A program made the position numbers and the translations under genes. From the NCBI GenBank assembly GCA_032249235.1, contig JAVVGF010000002.1, positions 128,001 to 192,000 of the forward strand: a stretch of DNA of 64,000 nucleotides, written 5' to 3'. Under the pieces are notes generated by a model, which worked only from the letters and a program-made list of their open reading frames with translations, had not been told where the DNA came from and made no database searches. Below are positions 19,332 to 29,339 of this stretch, in pieces (position 1 is the first letter of the stretch; each line of letters opens with the position of its first letter). This stretch comes from Thermoproteota archaeon (GTDB lineage Archaea > Thermoproteota > Thermoprotei > Gearchaeales > Gearchaeaceae).

Positions 19332-19673
19332 TTATTTTTTCTCTGGTGGTGGTGGAGGCTGCTCTTTACTTGTTTCTTGGGTAGCTTGTTTTGCAGCTTC
19401 TTCTAATTCTTTTTGTATTTCTTCTATGGGTTTAGGAGGTGGTGTTGTCAAAATGGTCCAACCAATCCAAGCAGCAATAGCACCTATACCTACGATCGCT
19501 ACAATTATCGGTATCCTGATCAACCAAAGTTGAACTTCTCTATCATTCAACCATGTTAAAGCCGGAATGGCATTTGGAGCAAGTGGCACTAATAGTAATC
19601 CTATTAGATAAATTATTATTATTATTACTGAAACAATTAATATTGCGCCGCCAATTACTCTATCAGAGACCAT
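19332..19673 (-). CDS. Two-TM membrane protein, DPM2-like
   Basis: SDRVIGGAILIVSVIIIIIY...LLVP...R..LIRIP...WIGWTIL followed by a Pro-rich, charged tail. Confidence 0.6.
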   Translation of the reverse strand: MVSDRVIGGAILIVSVIIIIIYLIGLLLVPLAPNAIPALTWLNDREVQLWLIRIPIIVAIVGIGAIAAWIGWTILTTPPPKPIEEIQKELEEAAKQATQETSKEQPPPPPEKK

Positions 19674-19730
19674 ATTGAAAACTATCTCTTTTAAATGCTT
19701 ATAAATCTATTCTCCCAAATTTATTGAATA

Positions 19731-20513
19731 ATGCTCAGATGGTTGCTTATTCATTTGGGGATCTATAAATTTTATCAATGGAATTTGCTCAAACAAATAA
19801 AAAATAAACCAATGCCTTCACATGTCGCAGTTATACTAGATGGAAATAGAAGATGGGCTATGGAAAATAATTTACCGCCTTGGATGGGTCATAGAAAAGG
19901 AGCAGAGAATGTAAAGTTATTACTAAGAGAATGTCTTAAACTTGGAATAAAGACTTTAACGGTATATGCTTTTTCGATCGAAAACTTTCAAAGAAGCAAA
20001 AGAGAAATTGAAGAAATTATGAAAATAGCCGAAGAAAAACTTGAAGAAATAATCAACTCTAAGGAAATTTATGAAAATGAAGTAAGAGTAAAATTGCTCG
20101 GTAGAAGAGAACTGTTACCAGAATCCCTCATCAAGAAATTTGATGAAGTTGAAGAAAGAACAAAACACTTTACTAAGCATTTCCTTAACATAGCAATGGC
20201 ATATGGGGGTAGGACTGAAATAGTTGATGCTGTTAAAAAACTTGTGAGTGATTTAATAAATGGCAAAGTAAAAATCGAAGACATAACAGAAGAGGAAATA
20301 GAAAAAAGACTATATACTTATCACTTACCAAATCCCTATCCAGATCTTATAATAAGAACTAGTGGTGAAGAAAGACTCTCTGGCTTCTTACTTTGGCAAT
20401 CAGCTTATAGTGAGCTATGCTTTCTAGAAGTTTACTGGCCTGAATTTAGGGCAATAGACTTATATAGAGCGATCAGAACATATCAAAGAAGAAATAGGAG
20501 GTTCGGAAAGTGA
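19731..20513 (+). CDS. uppS: cis-prenyltransferase (polyprenyl diphosphate synthase)
   Basis: HVAVILDGNRRWA, YAFSIENF, IRTSGEERLSGFLLWQ, RRFG. Confidence 0.96.
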   Translation: MLRWLLIHLGIYKFYQWNLLKQIKNKPMPSHVAVILDGNRRWAMENNLPPWMGHRKGAENVKLLLRECLKLGIKTLTVYAFSIENFQRSKREIEEIMKIAEEKLEEIINSKEIYENEVRVKLLGRRELLPESLIKKFDEVEERTKHFTKHFLNIAMAYGGRTEIVDAVKKLVSDLINGKVKIEDITEEEIEKRLYTYHLPNPYPDLIIRTSGEERLSGFLLWQSAYSELCFLEVYWPEFRAIDLYRAIRTYQRRNRRFGK

Positions 20514-21715
20514 GGAAATTATCTTCACTAGTTGAGAGAGTAAAACATTCAGCAATCAGAGAAATGCTTAAAGAAGTTGCGGAACTGAGATTAAAAGGCT
20601 ATGATATAATTCAGCTTTCAACAGGACAACCTAGCTTACCTGTTGATGAAGAAGTATTAGAATATTTAATAGAAGAGATGAGGAAAAATAGGCTACTAGT
20701 TAGTTCATATACTCCTACAAAAGGTTTGAGAAGTGTTTTAGAAGCAATTCAGAATGATTTGAAAGTATTTGGAAATATAGATGTAGCGTTAAATGAGCTC
20801 GTGATAACTGAAGGAGCAACGGAAGGATTATTGTTGACAGCACTTACAATACTTGATAGAGACGATGAACTGATAATCATGGATCCAAGTTATGTTAGTT
20901 ATCCCCAAGATGCAATAATAGCTGGTGCAAAGCCAGTTTTCGTTGAAGAAAATATAGAAGAAGGTTTTCAACCAAACATTAATAGAATTTTAGAACATAT
21001 AACGCCAAAAACTAAAGCTATTCTTATTGCTACTCCAGACAATCCAACAGGTAGAATATTGAGGAAAGATGTAGCTAAGGCTTTAATAGATATTTCAGAG
21101 GACCATGATATATGGCTTGTTATCGATGAGGCATACAAACACTTAATTTATGAAGGTGAACATTTTTGGTTCTGGAGAGAAGATAGAGCAAGAGAAAGGA
21201 CAATATGCGTCAATACGTTTTCAAAAGATCCTGCAATGACGGGCTTTAGATTGGGATATGTTTATGGTCCAAAAGAAGTAATTACAGCTATCGAAAAATT
21301 TAAGCAATATTTGACTTTAAGCTCGAATACGCCTGCACAAATTGCTGCAGTCTACTATCTTAAGCCTGAAGTTAAAAAGAGAATACTTGAATACACGCTC
21401 CGAATATACAAGAGCAGAAGAGATAAAATGTATGAAGCAGTAAGGCAATATTTGCCTGAAGCGGTTACAATAAAACCTGAAGGTGCCATGTACTTATTTG
21501 CAAATATGAAAAACTATTTCGACAAAATGAACTTAAGCGACCAAGAATTTATGGTCAAGCTAATAAAAGAAAAACATGTTGCCGTTGTGGCTGGAAGTTC
21601 TTTCGGAGAAAAAGGTAAGAATCATATAAGATTTACTTTTGTTGGAGAGCCTGAAGATAGAATTGAAAAAGGGATAAAATTAATAAGAGAGTTCATTGAT
21701 GAAAAGATCAGTTAA
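20510..21715 (+). CDS. PLP-dependent aminotransferase class I/II
   Basis: PDNPTG, DEAY, SKDPAMTGFRLG. Confidence 0.92.
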   Translation: MRKLSSLVERVKHSAIREMLKEVAELRLKGYDIIQLSTGQPSLPVDEEVLEYLIEEMRKNRLLVSSYTPTKGLRSVLEAIQNDLKVFGNIDVALNELVITEGATEGLLLTALTILDRDDELIIMDPSYVSYPQDAIIAGAKPVFVEENIEEGFQPNINRILEHITPKTKAILIATPDNPTGRILRKDVAKALIDISEDHDIWLVIDEAYKHLIYEGEHFWFWREDRARERTICVNTFSKDPAMTGFRLGYVYGPKEVITAIEKFKQYLTLSSNTPAQIAAVYYLKPEVKKRILEYTLRIYKSRRDKMYEAVRQYLPEAVTIKPEGAMYLFANMKNYFDKMNLSDQEFMVKLIKEKHVAVVAGSSFGEKGKNHIRFTFVGEPEDRIEKGIKLIREFIDEKIS

Positions 21716-22482
21716 TGATATTAAACAAAGATTTCAGTTTAACTGATATTGATAATGTTAACGAATTAATTTTTGAAGACAATAAATATATACCAAATAA
21801 AAAATTATTTAAAGATTTAAAATTTCTTTATCTTGAAACATCAAATATCGATGATAATACAGTAATGTATTATGTATTCAGAAATATTATAATTCCTCAA
21901 TTGAAGGATTTTTTCGAAAACAAACAATTAAGAATAGATTTAACAGTAATGGAAAACATAAAAGTAGGGAAAGAAAGGAACAAGACGCATGGACATCATC
22001 ATCCTGAAGCTGCACCAGGAAGATCCTTTCCTGAAATATATAAGGTACTAGAAGGAAAAGTATGCTTTATTTTGCAGAAAAATGACTTAGAAAAAGTAGA
22101 AGATATCATGATCGTTGAATTGTCTAAAGATGAATGGATTATGATACCACCAAATTATGGTCATATAATGATAAATCTAAATGAAGGTAGATCAGTTACA
22201 TTGAATATAGTAAGTGACCGTTTTATTCCAATATATGAAATATATAAGATATTAAGAGGTGCTGCAGTTTATTTAACAAATGAAGGTCTTATCCCGAACA
22301 ATAATTATAAACTTGCTTGTATTCCTAAGTTTTATAGATCCACATTCAAGATTGAAAATCTATATGATAGTTTGAAAAGAGAAGAAATTTTCATTAAAGC
22401 GCTTAATAGACCTTATTTAATAAAAGATTATTCTGTATATTTCGAAGAAATTATGGAAAAGAAATTTCAATTGCTTTCTTAA
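21715..22482 (+). CDS. Cupin-type glucose-6-phosphate isomerase family protein
   Basis: KTHGHHH, PEIYKVLEG, IPPNYGH, GAAVY. Confidence 0.85.
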   Translation: MILNKDFSLTDIDNVNELIFEDNKYIPNKKLFKDLKFLYLETSNIDDNTVMYYVFRNIIIPQLKDFFENKQLRIDLTVMENIKVGKERNKTHGHHHPEAAPGRSFPEIYKVLEGKVCFILQKNDLEKVEDIMIVELSKDEWIMIPPNYGHIMINLNEGRSVTLNIVSDRFIPIYEIYKILRGAAVYLTNEGLIPNNNYKLACIPKFYRSTFKIENLYDSLKREEIFIKALNRPYLIKDYSVYFEEIMEKKFQLLS

Positions 22483-23107
22483 ACTCCTTAACTAATTCTT
22501 CTATGTTATTAATATTCCTCTCATCAATAAGTATAGATAAAGAACCAACCCCTAATCTTACACAAATAGAATACGATTGAGGATCATTTAAGCCTGCAAT
22601 TATTAAAGGAGCAGAGGAAATGCGTACTAAATCTTTTATTATTCTAAAAATTTCTGGATGATCGCTTATATTTTTACTTATATTTTCAGGAATTTTATAA
22701 TAAAAATAATCTGGAGTTAAATAGGATATCGAAAGAACTTTACTTAAGACATCTTTAAAGCCTGTCAGATCCAGGCTGAATTCAAGGCCTAATTTTCGAA
22801 TATAGCTTAGGCGATTTAAAACTTCTTCTTCATCAACTGAAGCATGAATTGAAAATACATCAGCGCCTGCTTCATATATTATTTTTCCTTCTTCCTCGAT
22901 ATTATCAATAGTCTTAGTATCTGCATAGATTTTTGCTTTAGGTAGCGCTCTTCTTATCTCTGAAATTATATATATTCCATGCTTCTTCAAGAGTGAATTG
23001 CTTATTTCTATAACTTCAGCACCGCTCAAAAAAGCCTTTGTTGCTAATTTTATGCATTTATCTACATCAAGAACACCAAGAGAGACATGTAAACTAGGTT
23101 TAGCCAT
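22451..23107 (-). CDS. 3-hexulose-6-phosphate synthase/OMPDC-like TIM barrel (divergent)
   Basis: VIEISNSLLKKHG, IYADTKTID, EAGAD. Confidence 0.7.
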   Translation of the reverse strand: MAKPSLHVSLGVLDVDKCIKLATKAFLSGAEVIEISNSLLKKHGIYIISEIRRALPKAKIYADTKTIDNIEEEGKIIYEAGADVFSIHASVDEEEVLNRLSYIRKLGLEFSLDLTGFKDVLSKVLSISYLTPDYFYYKIPENISKNISDHPEIFRIIKDLVRISSAPLIIAGLNDPQSYSICVRLGVGSLSILIDERNINNIEELVKEFKKAIEISFP

Positions 23108-23170
23108 AGCTTTATGGTTTTATAAGTATAGTTACTTTTATCTTTTTATTCGATAAATATAAATTCAAAT

Positions 23171-24313
23171 ATGAAAGTTCAAAAAATTACGCTCATCGAT
23201 GGTTTGTACAATGAATTAAGAAGCAAATTCAAAATATTCAATGAACGTCTAAACTCGATATCAAGAAGCTTAAAATATTTAGATAGCCTCTCTTTTTCAA
23301 GCCTAAAATTGTTTGATTACGAAAATTTCATAATTGAAGATCCCTTTTTATTATTTAAAGCAAATGAGATTGCTTGGCCTAAAAGCATAGAGGATCTCGA
23401 AAATATTTCAATTCCTTTAAAAACGCCAAGTTTGGAAAACCTCGAAATAATCTCCTTTAGTTATAATATTGAAAACTTTCAAGAAATATTACCGCCTTTC
23501 CAGCTTTACGAATTGAGCATATTCAAGAAATGGAAGAAAACTGAAAAGAACTACAATCTTTATAGGATTAAGTTTCTTAAAAAAATCTCCAAAGATAATG
23601 AACTGTATCTACAAAGTGATTTTCTAAAGGAAATATTTGAATTAATCATAGATTTCTTATCTCATGAAAGAGAATTTGAAGATAAAGTAAAGATTTTAAT
23701 TAGTGAAATACCTTTTTCATGCACACAAGCTTTTAATATGCCAAAAGAGGAAAGAGATAAAATATTCGAGATTGTTCAAAATTTATTGGTTACTCTTAAA
23801 AGCTTAGGAGTAATACCCATTTCCATTAATAAATACAACGGTTCGCCTGTCCTTTCAACTATTCTTCATACATTAGAGAAAATGGGAAGAAAGGAAGAGT
23901 TTATAGATATTGAATTGATTAACGATAAACTTTTCTTAGCTGGCAAGTTAAAAACTGAAGAAAGAACACCATTATTTCATTATACAAACCATATCATAGA
24001 TAACCCATATCTTAAGGAAAGACTGTATTTATTCTATATCAGATTTGATGTAGATTACATTGAGCGGATTGAAATACCCAGCTATGCAACGAACCAGATT
24101 GAATTAATCCATTCTGTATTGCTTAATGAATATAGATTGGCGATTCGCAAGTTTAAACAAAAAGGGTATTATTCCTTATTTAACGCAAACAGAAATTTAT
24201 TGAGCAAGAGAGTTAAGAGAAAAGATCTGATCAATTTAATAGATTTGATGATCAAAGATGAAATGGTAAAAAACTATAAGAAAAAGATCGGTTTAATCGC
24301 AAACTTTGTTTAA
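23171..24313 (+). CDS. NurA-like protein, probably catalytically degenerate
   Basis: LKTEERTPLF, YLFYIR, ERIEIP, KGYYSLFNAN resemble the NurA C-terminal half. Confidence 0.55.
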   Translation: MKVQKITLIDGLYNELRSKFKIFNERLNSISRSLKYLDSLSFSSLKLFDYENFIIEDPFLLFKANEIAWPKSIEDLENISIPLKTPSLENLEIISFSYNIENFQEILPPFQLYELSIFKKWKKTEKNYNLYRIKFLKKISKDNELYLQSDFLKEIFELIIDFLSHEREFEDKVKILISEIPFSCTQAFNMPKEERDKIFEIVQNLLVTLKSLGVIPISINKYNGSPVLSTILHTLEKMGRKEEFIDIELINDKLFLAGKLKTEERTPLFHYTNHIIDNPYLKERLYLFYIRFDVDYIERIEIPSYATNQIELIHSVLLNEYRLAIRKFKQKGYYSLFNANRNLLSKRVKRKDLINLIDLMIKDEMVKNYKKKIGLIANFV

Positions 24314-24337
24314 ATAAATTAATGATTAAATTAAATA

Positions 24338-25417
24338 ATGAAAATCTTAGGAAGACAGAAAAAGCTATTTGAGGTATTAGAGATAAAAGGTACAGATGCC
24401 TTTTTCAGCACAAATCCTTCAAACGTAAGATATTTTACAGATGTAATAGCGAACAGATATCCTGAACGCTCGGTATATCTTCTAGCAACAAAGGATAAAT
24501 TTTATGTTTTAACTTACCCTCTAGAAATCGAATCAGTAAAAAGCGAAGCTAAAAATTGTGAGATTATAGAATTAAGATCAAACATAAAGTTAGAAGAGAT
24601 TTTAGAGAAAATTTTAGGAAAGGATGCAAAACTCGGAGTCGAGTATACTACTTTATCATATTTTTTAGGTGAAAGATTAGCTACGAAATTCAAGCTTGAA
24701 GATTTATCTAGAGAAATTGCAAAGATTAGAGCAATCAAAGATGAAGAAGAAATAAATGAAATAAAAAAAGCAATAGAAAAGACTGAAAGAACATTGGAAA
24801 AGGTCAAGGAATTGATAAATTCCAGTAAAATTACTGAGAAAGAAGCCGCTTTGAAATGTATGAAATTGCTAATCGAAAATGGTTGTGAATGGTTTGCTTT
24901 CGAACCAATCATAGCCTCAGGCGAAAACGGAGCTTTTCCTCATGCTATACCTACTGATAAACCTATAAAAGAAAATACATTCACAATCGTTGATATAGGT
25001 GGTCGTGATAAAGCAGGAGGTTATTGTGCTGACATAACAAGAACCTTCGCTAAAGGTAAAATATCTGAAGAAGATAGAAAAATATTCGAAGTAGTTAAAG
25101 AAGCATTGCTCAGTGCAATAGATTCAATCTATGAAGGTGTCAAGGCTAAGGAAGTTGATGGAATAGCTAGAAAAATTTTGTCCAAATACGGTTTAGAGAA
25201 ATACTTCAATCATGGCTTAGGACATGGCATAGGTCTTGATGTACATGAATATCCTTCAGTGAATAGCGCTTCAGAAGATATATTGCTTAGCGGCTATGTA
25301 ATAACAATAGAACCAGGAGTTTATTTTCCAGGAAAGTATGGAATAAGATTGGAACAAGATGTTGTGGTTAGAAAAAATAAAGCAGAAATTCTTACCGAGT
25401 TTCCTTTAGATTATTAA
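24338..25417 (+). CDS. pepQ: Xaa-Pro aminopeptidase/prolidase (M24B)
   Basis: RAIKD, YCADITRT, HGLGHGIGLDVHE, TIEPG, GIRLE. Confidence 0.93.
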   Translation: MKILGRQKKLFEVLEIKGTDAFFSTNPSNVRYFTDVIANRYPERSVYLLATKDKFYVLTYPLEIESVKSEAKNCEIIELRSNIKLEEILEKILGKDAKLGVEYTTLSYFLGERLATKFKLEDLSREIAKIRAIKDEEEINEIKKAIEKTERTLEKVKELINSSKITEKEAALKCMKLLIENGCEWFAFEPIIASGENGAFPHAIPTDKPIKENTFTIVDIGGRDKAGGYCADITRTFAKGKISEEDRKIFEVVKEALLSAIDSIYEGVKAKEVDGIARKILSKYGLEKYFNHGLGHGIGLDVHEYPSVNSASEDILLSGYVITIEPGVYFPGKYGIRLEQDVVVRKNKAEILTEFPLDY

Positions 25418-26502
25418 TATATTTTTTCCAGTATTATAACAACTAGATTCAATAAGAATAGTAATAGAACAAGAAATAGAGCATTTATGCCGAATATTTT
25501 GAAATCATATGATGGCTGTTTGAGGACATTTCCAATATATGTGAGTATTAATCCCATCGATATTACAAAAAATATTCCTATGAAATCTTGTCTTACTGGT
25601 TTAAAAGCTAGATAATGCTCAAGCATTCTTGAACTCAAGAAAATAATCAAAGCGATGGCGCATACCAAGACAGTATTTAAATAAGGTGTAAAAGGTGCTA
25701 ATATAAATTCTCCTATAAGTTGAAGAGGAGAAATGTTCTGTTTTGAAATATAAATCTCGTATGCAACATTATATCCATTATAAAGTGCTAATAAAATTAG
25801 GATGGATGCCAAAACGAATGATGTTGATTGTAATTTGTATTTTGACCAAGCTTCTATCACTACGTCGTCTATATTGAAACCTTTAACGAAAGCAATTATA
25901 CCTAGAAATAAGATTATCGCAATCGAGAACAATTGACTTAAGTTTAGGAAAGAGAGAAGAGCGTATAATATAAATAATATTCCTGGTATTCCTACTATTA
26001 ATCTACGTAAATATGGTTCATTTAAAATTTTCCTAATATATCTCGATAGTATAACGAACGTTTCTTCAACACCTTCTGATTGGCCTACGATAACACGTTT
26101 TATGGAAATAATAGGTAAGATTGATGAAACAATAGGTATTACTAGCTCATCTCTCCCTCCATCACTGACAAATATTGCGCCATCAGCATTAAATTTACTC
26201 AAAACCGTTTCAAGTTCCTCTCTTATTCTAATATCTGATTCAATGCCTTCTTCAACTTCACCAGATATCGTTGCTATTTGACATTCATCAAAAACTTTCT
26301 TAGTGTTTAATTCATCATAAAGTTTGATCGCATAAAACAAAGCATTCAAATCCGAATCTTCAGGAGAAGATAAAGCAAAAGATAAAGCAGCTTCATAATT
26401 TTTATCTCTGCCAATTATAGGTGTAGGTATATTAGTAACTTTAGTTATATCCCCATCTTTATCAACGTATAGTATCAATACACGCTTGGATTTAGCAGTC
26501 AC
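25414..26502 (-). CDS. DUF373 family membrane protein
   Basis: LILYVDKDGD, PEDSDLN, VSDGGRDE, KRVIVGQS. Confidence 0.88.
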   Translation of the reverse strand: MTAKSKRVLILYVDKDGDITKVTNIPTPIIGRDKNYEAALSFALSSPEDSDLNALFYAIKLYDELNTKKVFDECQIATISGEVEEGIESDIRIREELETVLSKFNADGAIFVSDGGRDELVIPIVSSILPIISIKRVIVGQSEGVEETFVILSRYIRKILNEPYLRRLIVGIPGILFILYALLSFLNLSQLFSIAIILFLGIIAFVKGFNIDDVVIEAWSKYKLQSTSFVLASILILLALYNGYNVAYEIYISKQNISPLQLIGEFILAPFTPYLNTVLVCAIALIIFLSSRMLEHYLAFKPVRQDFIGIFFVISMGLILTYIGNVLKQPSYDFKIFGINALFLVLLLFLLNLVVIILEKIY

Positions 26503-26560
26503 TAATCTTTTTATTATAACGAAAATTTAAAATTCAAATTCTTTAAAAAAATAATTAAAA

Positions 26561-27460
26561 TTATTCGGTAGCCCCGAGGGTTTCTCCATATTGTTTGTAC
26601 AATATTTGTAACTCACTCAATTCCAATTTTTCACCACGTTTAAATTTTTCAAGGGCTTTTTTGGCAAGCTCTTGCTCAATATTTACAGTTTGTTCAGAGA
26701 CTCTAGCCCTTATAGATAATCTTCTTCTTGCAATCTCTTCCCTTATCTTGTTGTACTGATCTTTTATTTCTGCGTATTCTTTTATAACATTCAACAGATT
26801 TTCTTTGATTTTATCTATTTCTCTGCTTTTATTGATTAGTTGATTCATAAGCTCTCTTATTTGCTTTTTGAATTCTTTTATAATTTGGTTAACCTTAACT
26901 AGCTCTTCGATTAAAGCTTCTCTTTTAGCTAAAAGCTCATTTATCTTTAAGTTGACCTCTTTTGTTTTTTCCTTAAACCTTTCACCTTTTTCAAGCAGTA
27001 GACTTTTTCTTTCTAGTTCAATTATTTTATCTATCAAATTCAGCTCTTCATCAGGCGGTAAAGGCGTAGTTTGCTGGATCCATTCTAATTTTGCCAACCG
27101 ACTTAGAAGCTTATCCTTATCATCCCTTATTTGAGTTTGTAAGCTTTTCAATTGTTGATATAATCTCTTTTTCTCTTCAGCCAAATAAAGCCTAGATGTT
27201 TTATAATTTTCAAGCTCTTTTCTTATGCTCTCAGATCTCTGAACTTGTGCAGATACTGCTTCTTTGAGCTTCAATATTTCTTTTTTTAAGTTTCCAGCTT
27301 CCCTTACTAGCTCAGACCTTTTTTGAATTAAAGTGTAGATTTCTTTTTTCTTGTATAACATTAGAGATTTAATTTCAGATAACTTTTCCTCTAGTTCTTC
27401 TTCTGAGAGTTTATCTAAAGACAAAGAGAGACCTTCGTTCTTTTCTTTGGTTGTTGACAT
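26561..27460 (-). CDS. Archaeal coiled-coil protein (COG1340-like)
   Basis: LEWIQQTTPL, KFKRGEKLELSEL. Confidence 0.8.
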   Translation of the reverse strand: MSTTKEKNEGLSLSLDKLSEEELEEKLSEIKSLMLYKKKEIYTLIQKRSELVREAGNLKKEILKLKEAVSAQVQRSESIRKELENYKTSRLYLAEEKKRLYQQLKSLQTQIRDDKDKLLSRLAKLEWIQQTTPLPPDEELNLIDKIIELERKSLLLEKGERFKEKTKEVNLKINELLAKREALIEELVKVNQIIKEFKKQIRELMNQLINKSREIDKIKENLLNVIKEYAEIKDQYNKIREEIARRRLSIRARVSEQTVNIEQELAKKALEKFKRGEKLELSELQILYKQYGETLGATE

Positions 27461-27522
27461 ACTATAAAATTCCCTCTTGATATAGGTTTTAAGCCATGTA
27501 TATATATTTTATTTTTACTTTT

Positions 27523-28290
27523 TTATTCTTCTAAAGAAACCTCATCTTCTTTACCTAATATTCTTTGCATCTCTGCATAAAGTTCAATAAATCCAGACAT
27601 GGTAATAGAAGAAACAGGTATTAAAGAAGGAATGCTTAAATTACTTATAAGAGGAATAAGATTTAGCGCTATTTCTCTATTGAAGACGTTTGTTTCATTC
27701 TCTAAATCTTCCTGTAAGTTTGAAAGGTCTTCCGACCAACCAATTATTTTTTCCATCGAAGAGGTAGAAAGCAAATCAGATTTGGAAAGAATTAATAAAT
27801 AAGGCAATAGAAAACGGGCTTGAATAGATGCAGATAATAAGAGTAATGAAGTAAAAGTATAGCTATGCTGAGCTAAAAATGCATCTATTAAAAAAAGGAT
27901 TAAAGAATTCTTAGTTGAAAAGGAAGAAATTACAGCAGGCCCTGTTTCTCTAAAAGCAAAAAGTTCTAATTGACCTGGCGTATCTACAAGTACGTAATCC
28001 GGATTTTCATCAGCTATTATTTTTTTGACTTCAGGCAAATAATTCACTATTAGATCTGTAGCTACGATCAATGCACCATTAGGTCCTAGCTTGTATTTTT
28101 GCATTACTTCTTCAAGAGTTATATGATTTCTAATATCTACGACTGGCTCATAACTCAAAACTTCAGCACCTGGATCTAAATTAACAGTAATGCAATACTT
28201 TCCAAACTTCTCTAAGTAATCTGATAATGCAGAAACTAAAGTTGATTTGCCTGAACCAGCTGTACCTAAAACATAAACGAAGTTTGTCAT
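27523..28290 (-). CDS. GPN-loop GTPase
   Basis: GTAGSGKST, VNLDPG, LGPNG, DTPGQLE. Confidence 0.93.
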   Translation of the reverse strand: MTNFVYVLGTAGSGKSTLVSALSDYLEKFGKYCITVNLDPGAEVLSYEPVVDIRNHITLEEVMQKYKLGPNGALIVATDLIVNYLPEVKKIIADENPDYVLVDTPGQLELFAFRETGPAVISSFSTKNSLILFLIDAFLAQHSYTFTSLLLLSASIQARFLLPYLLILSKSDLLSTSSMEKIIGWSEDLSNLQEDLENETNVFNREIALNLIPLISNLSIPSLIPVSSITMSGFIELYAEMQRILGKEDEVSLEE

Positions 28291-29087
28291 TTTAATGAAT
28301 CAACTATTGCTATTTTTTTAGCCTTCTTTTTTAAATTTTCTATCAAATCTTCTTTAAGTTCATCTAATAATTTCAATTCTTTTTCTTCACCAGTGAATAT
28401 TGATAAATGCAATACTATATAACCCAAACCAGACTCGTATCCGCGAGGATGCGATTTAATATAAACAGGTTCGTATTTTTCTTTATAGCTCTTAATTATA
28501 GGTGCTAGATCTGATTCAGGTATACCATGTACTTCGATATAAATTTCTTTGTAAAATTCTCTTCCTTCAAGATTTTTAAGATAATTCAAAACTTCATTTT
28601 CGAATATGTATTTCATTTCAACTGGAACGCCGGGCAAAAGAAAGAAATCTATATTATTATGTTTAAAATAAACTCCTGGAGCCATTCCTATCTCGTTTTT
28701 CAAAGCTTTTGCGCCTCTAGGAAGCAAAGCCATTTTCCTTCTTTCTTTCGTTAAAGGTAAATTCCTTCTTGAACACATTTCTGAAATATACTTTAAAGCC
28801 AATTCATCTTCTACAAGCTCTAATCCTAATGCCTCCGCTACCGAACTTGTAGTTATATCATCAAAAGTAGGTCCTAGACCGCCAGTAAATATAGCAATAT
28901 TAGGCTTTCTAGCCACTATACTATGCACCACATCGATTATTTCTTCTTTTACATCATCTACTACAAAAATTCTTCTAACCCTTATGCCTAAATTTCTTAA
29001 TTGAATCGCAATCCAATTTGAATTCGTATCCAAAACCCTTCCCTGTAAAATTTCCCTTCCTACTACAACTATTTCAGAAAAAATCAT
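28287..29087 (-). CDS. CinA N-terminal-like (molybdopterin-binding fold) protein
   Basis: GREILQGRVLDTN, TGGLGPTFDD, LPGVPVEM. Confidence 0.88.
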   Translation of the reverse strand: MIFSEIVVVGREILQGRVLDTNSNWIAIQLRNLGIRVRRIFVVDDVKEEIIDVVHSIVARKPNIAIFTGGLGPTFDDITTSSVAEALGLELVEDELALKYISEMCSRRNLPLTKERRKMALLPRGAKALKNEIGMAPGVYFKHNNIDFFLLPGVPVEMKYIFENEVLNYLKNLEGREFYKEIYIEVHGIPESDLAPIIKSYKEKYEPVYIKSHPRGYESGLGYIVLHLSIFTGEEKELKLLDELKEDLIENLKKKAKKIAIVDSLK

Positions 29088-29284
29088 TCTTTTTTAGAAA
29101 TTAGCCATTTATAAAGTTCCATTCTTTGTTGCTCTCTACTCTTAGATTGCTTTTCATTTGTTTTTTCGATTAATTTATAATATTCTGATAAAGAGATAGC
29201 GAAACCACAATTTTCACAAACGAATAACTTTCTTCCTCTTTCGAATCGAATATTTTTGCTTTTACATTCGATACACTCCTTCAT
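29084..29284 (-). CDS. Small Zn-ribbon protein
   Basis: CIEC...VCENCG; coupled to the downstream gene. Confidence 0.7.
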   Translation of the reverse strand: MKECIECKSKNIRFERGRKLFVCENCGFAISLSEYYKLIEKTNEKQSKSREQQRMELYKWLISKKE

Positions 29285-29339
29285 CTTGATAGAAACATCC
29301 TAAATTCTATAAATACTTAAAACTAGTTATAAAAAAATT

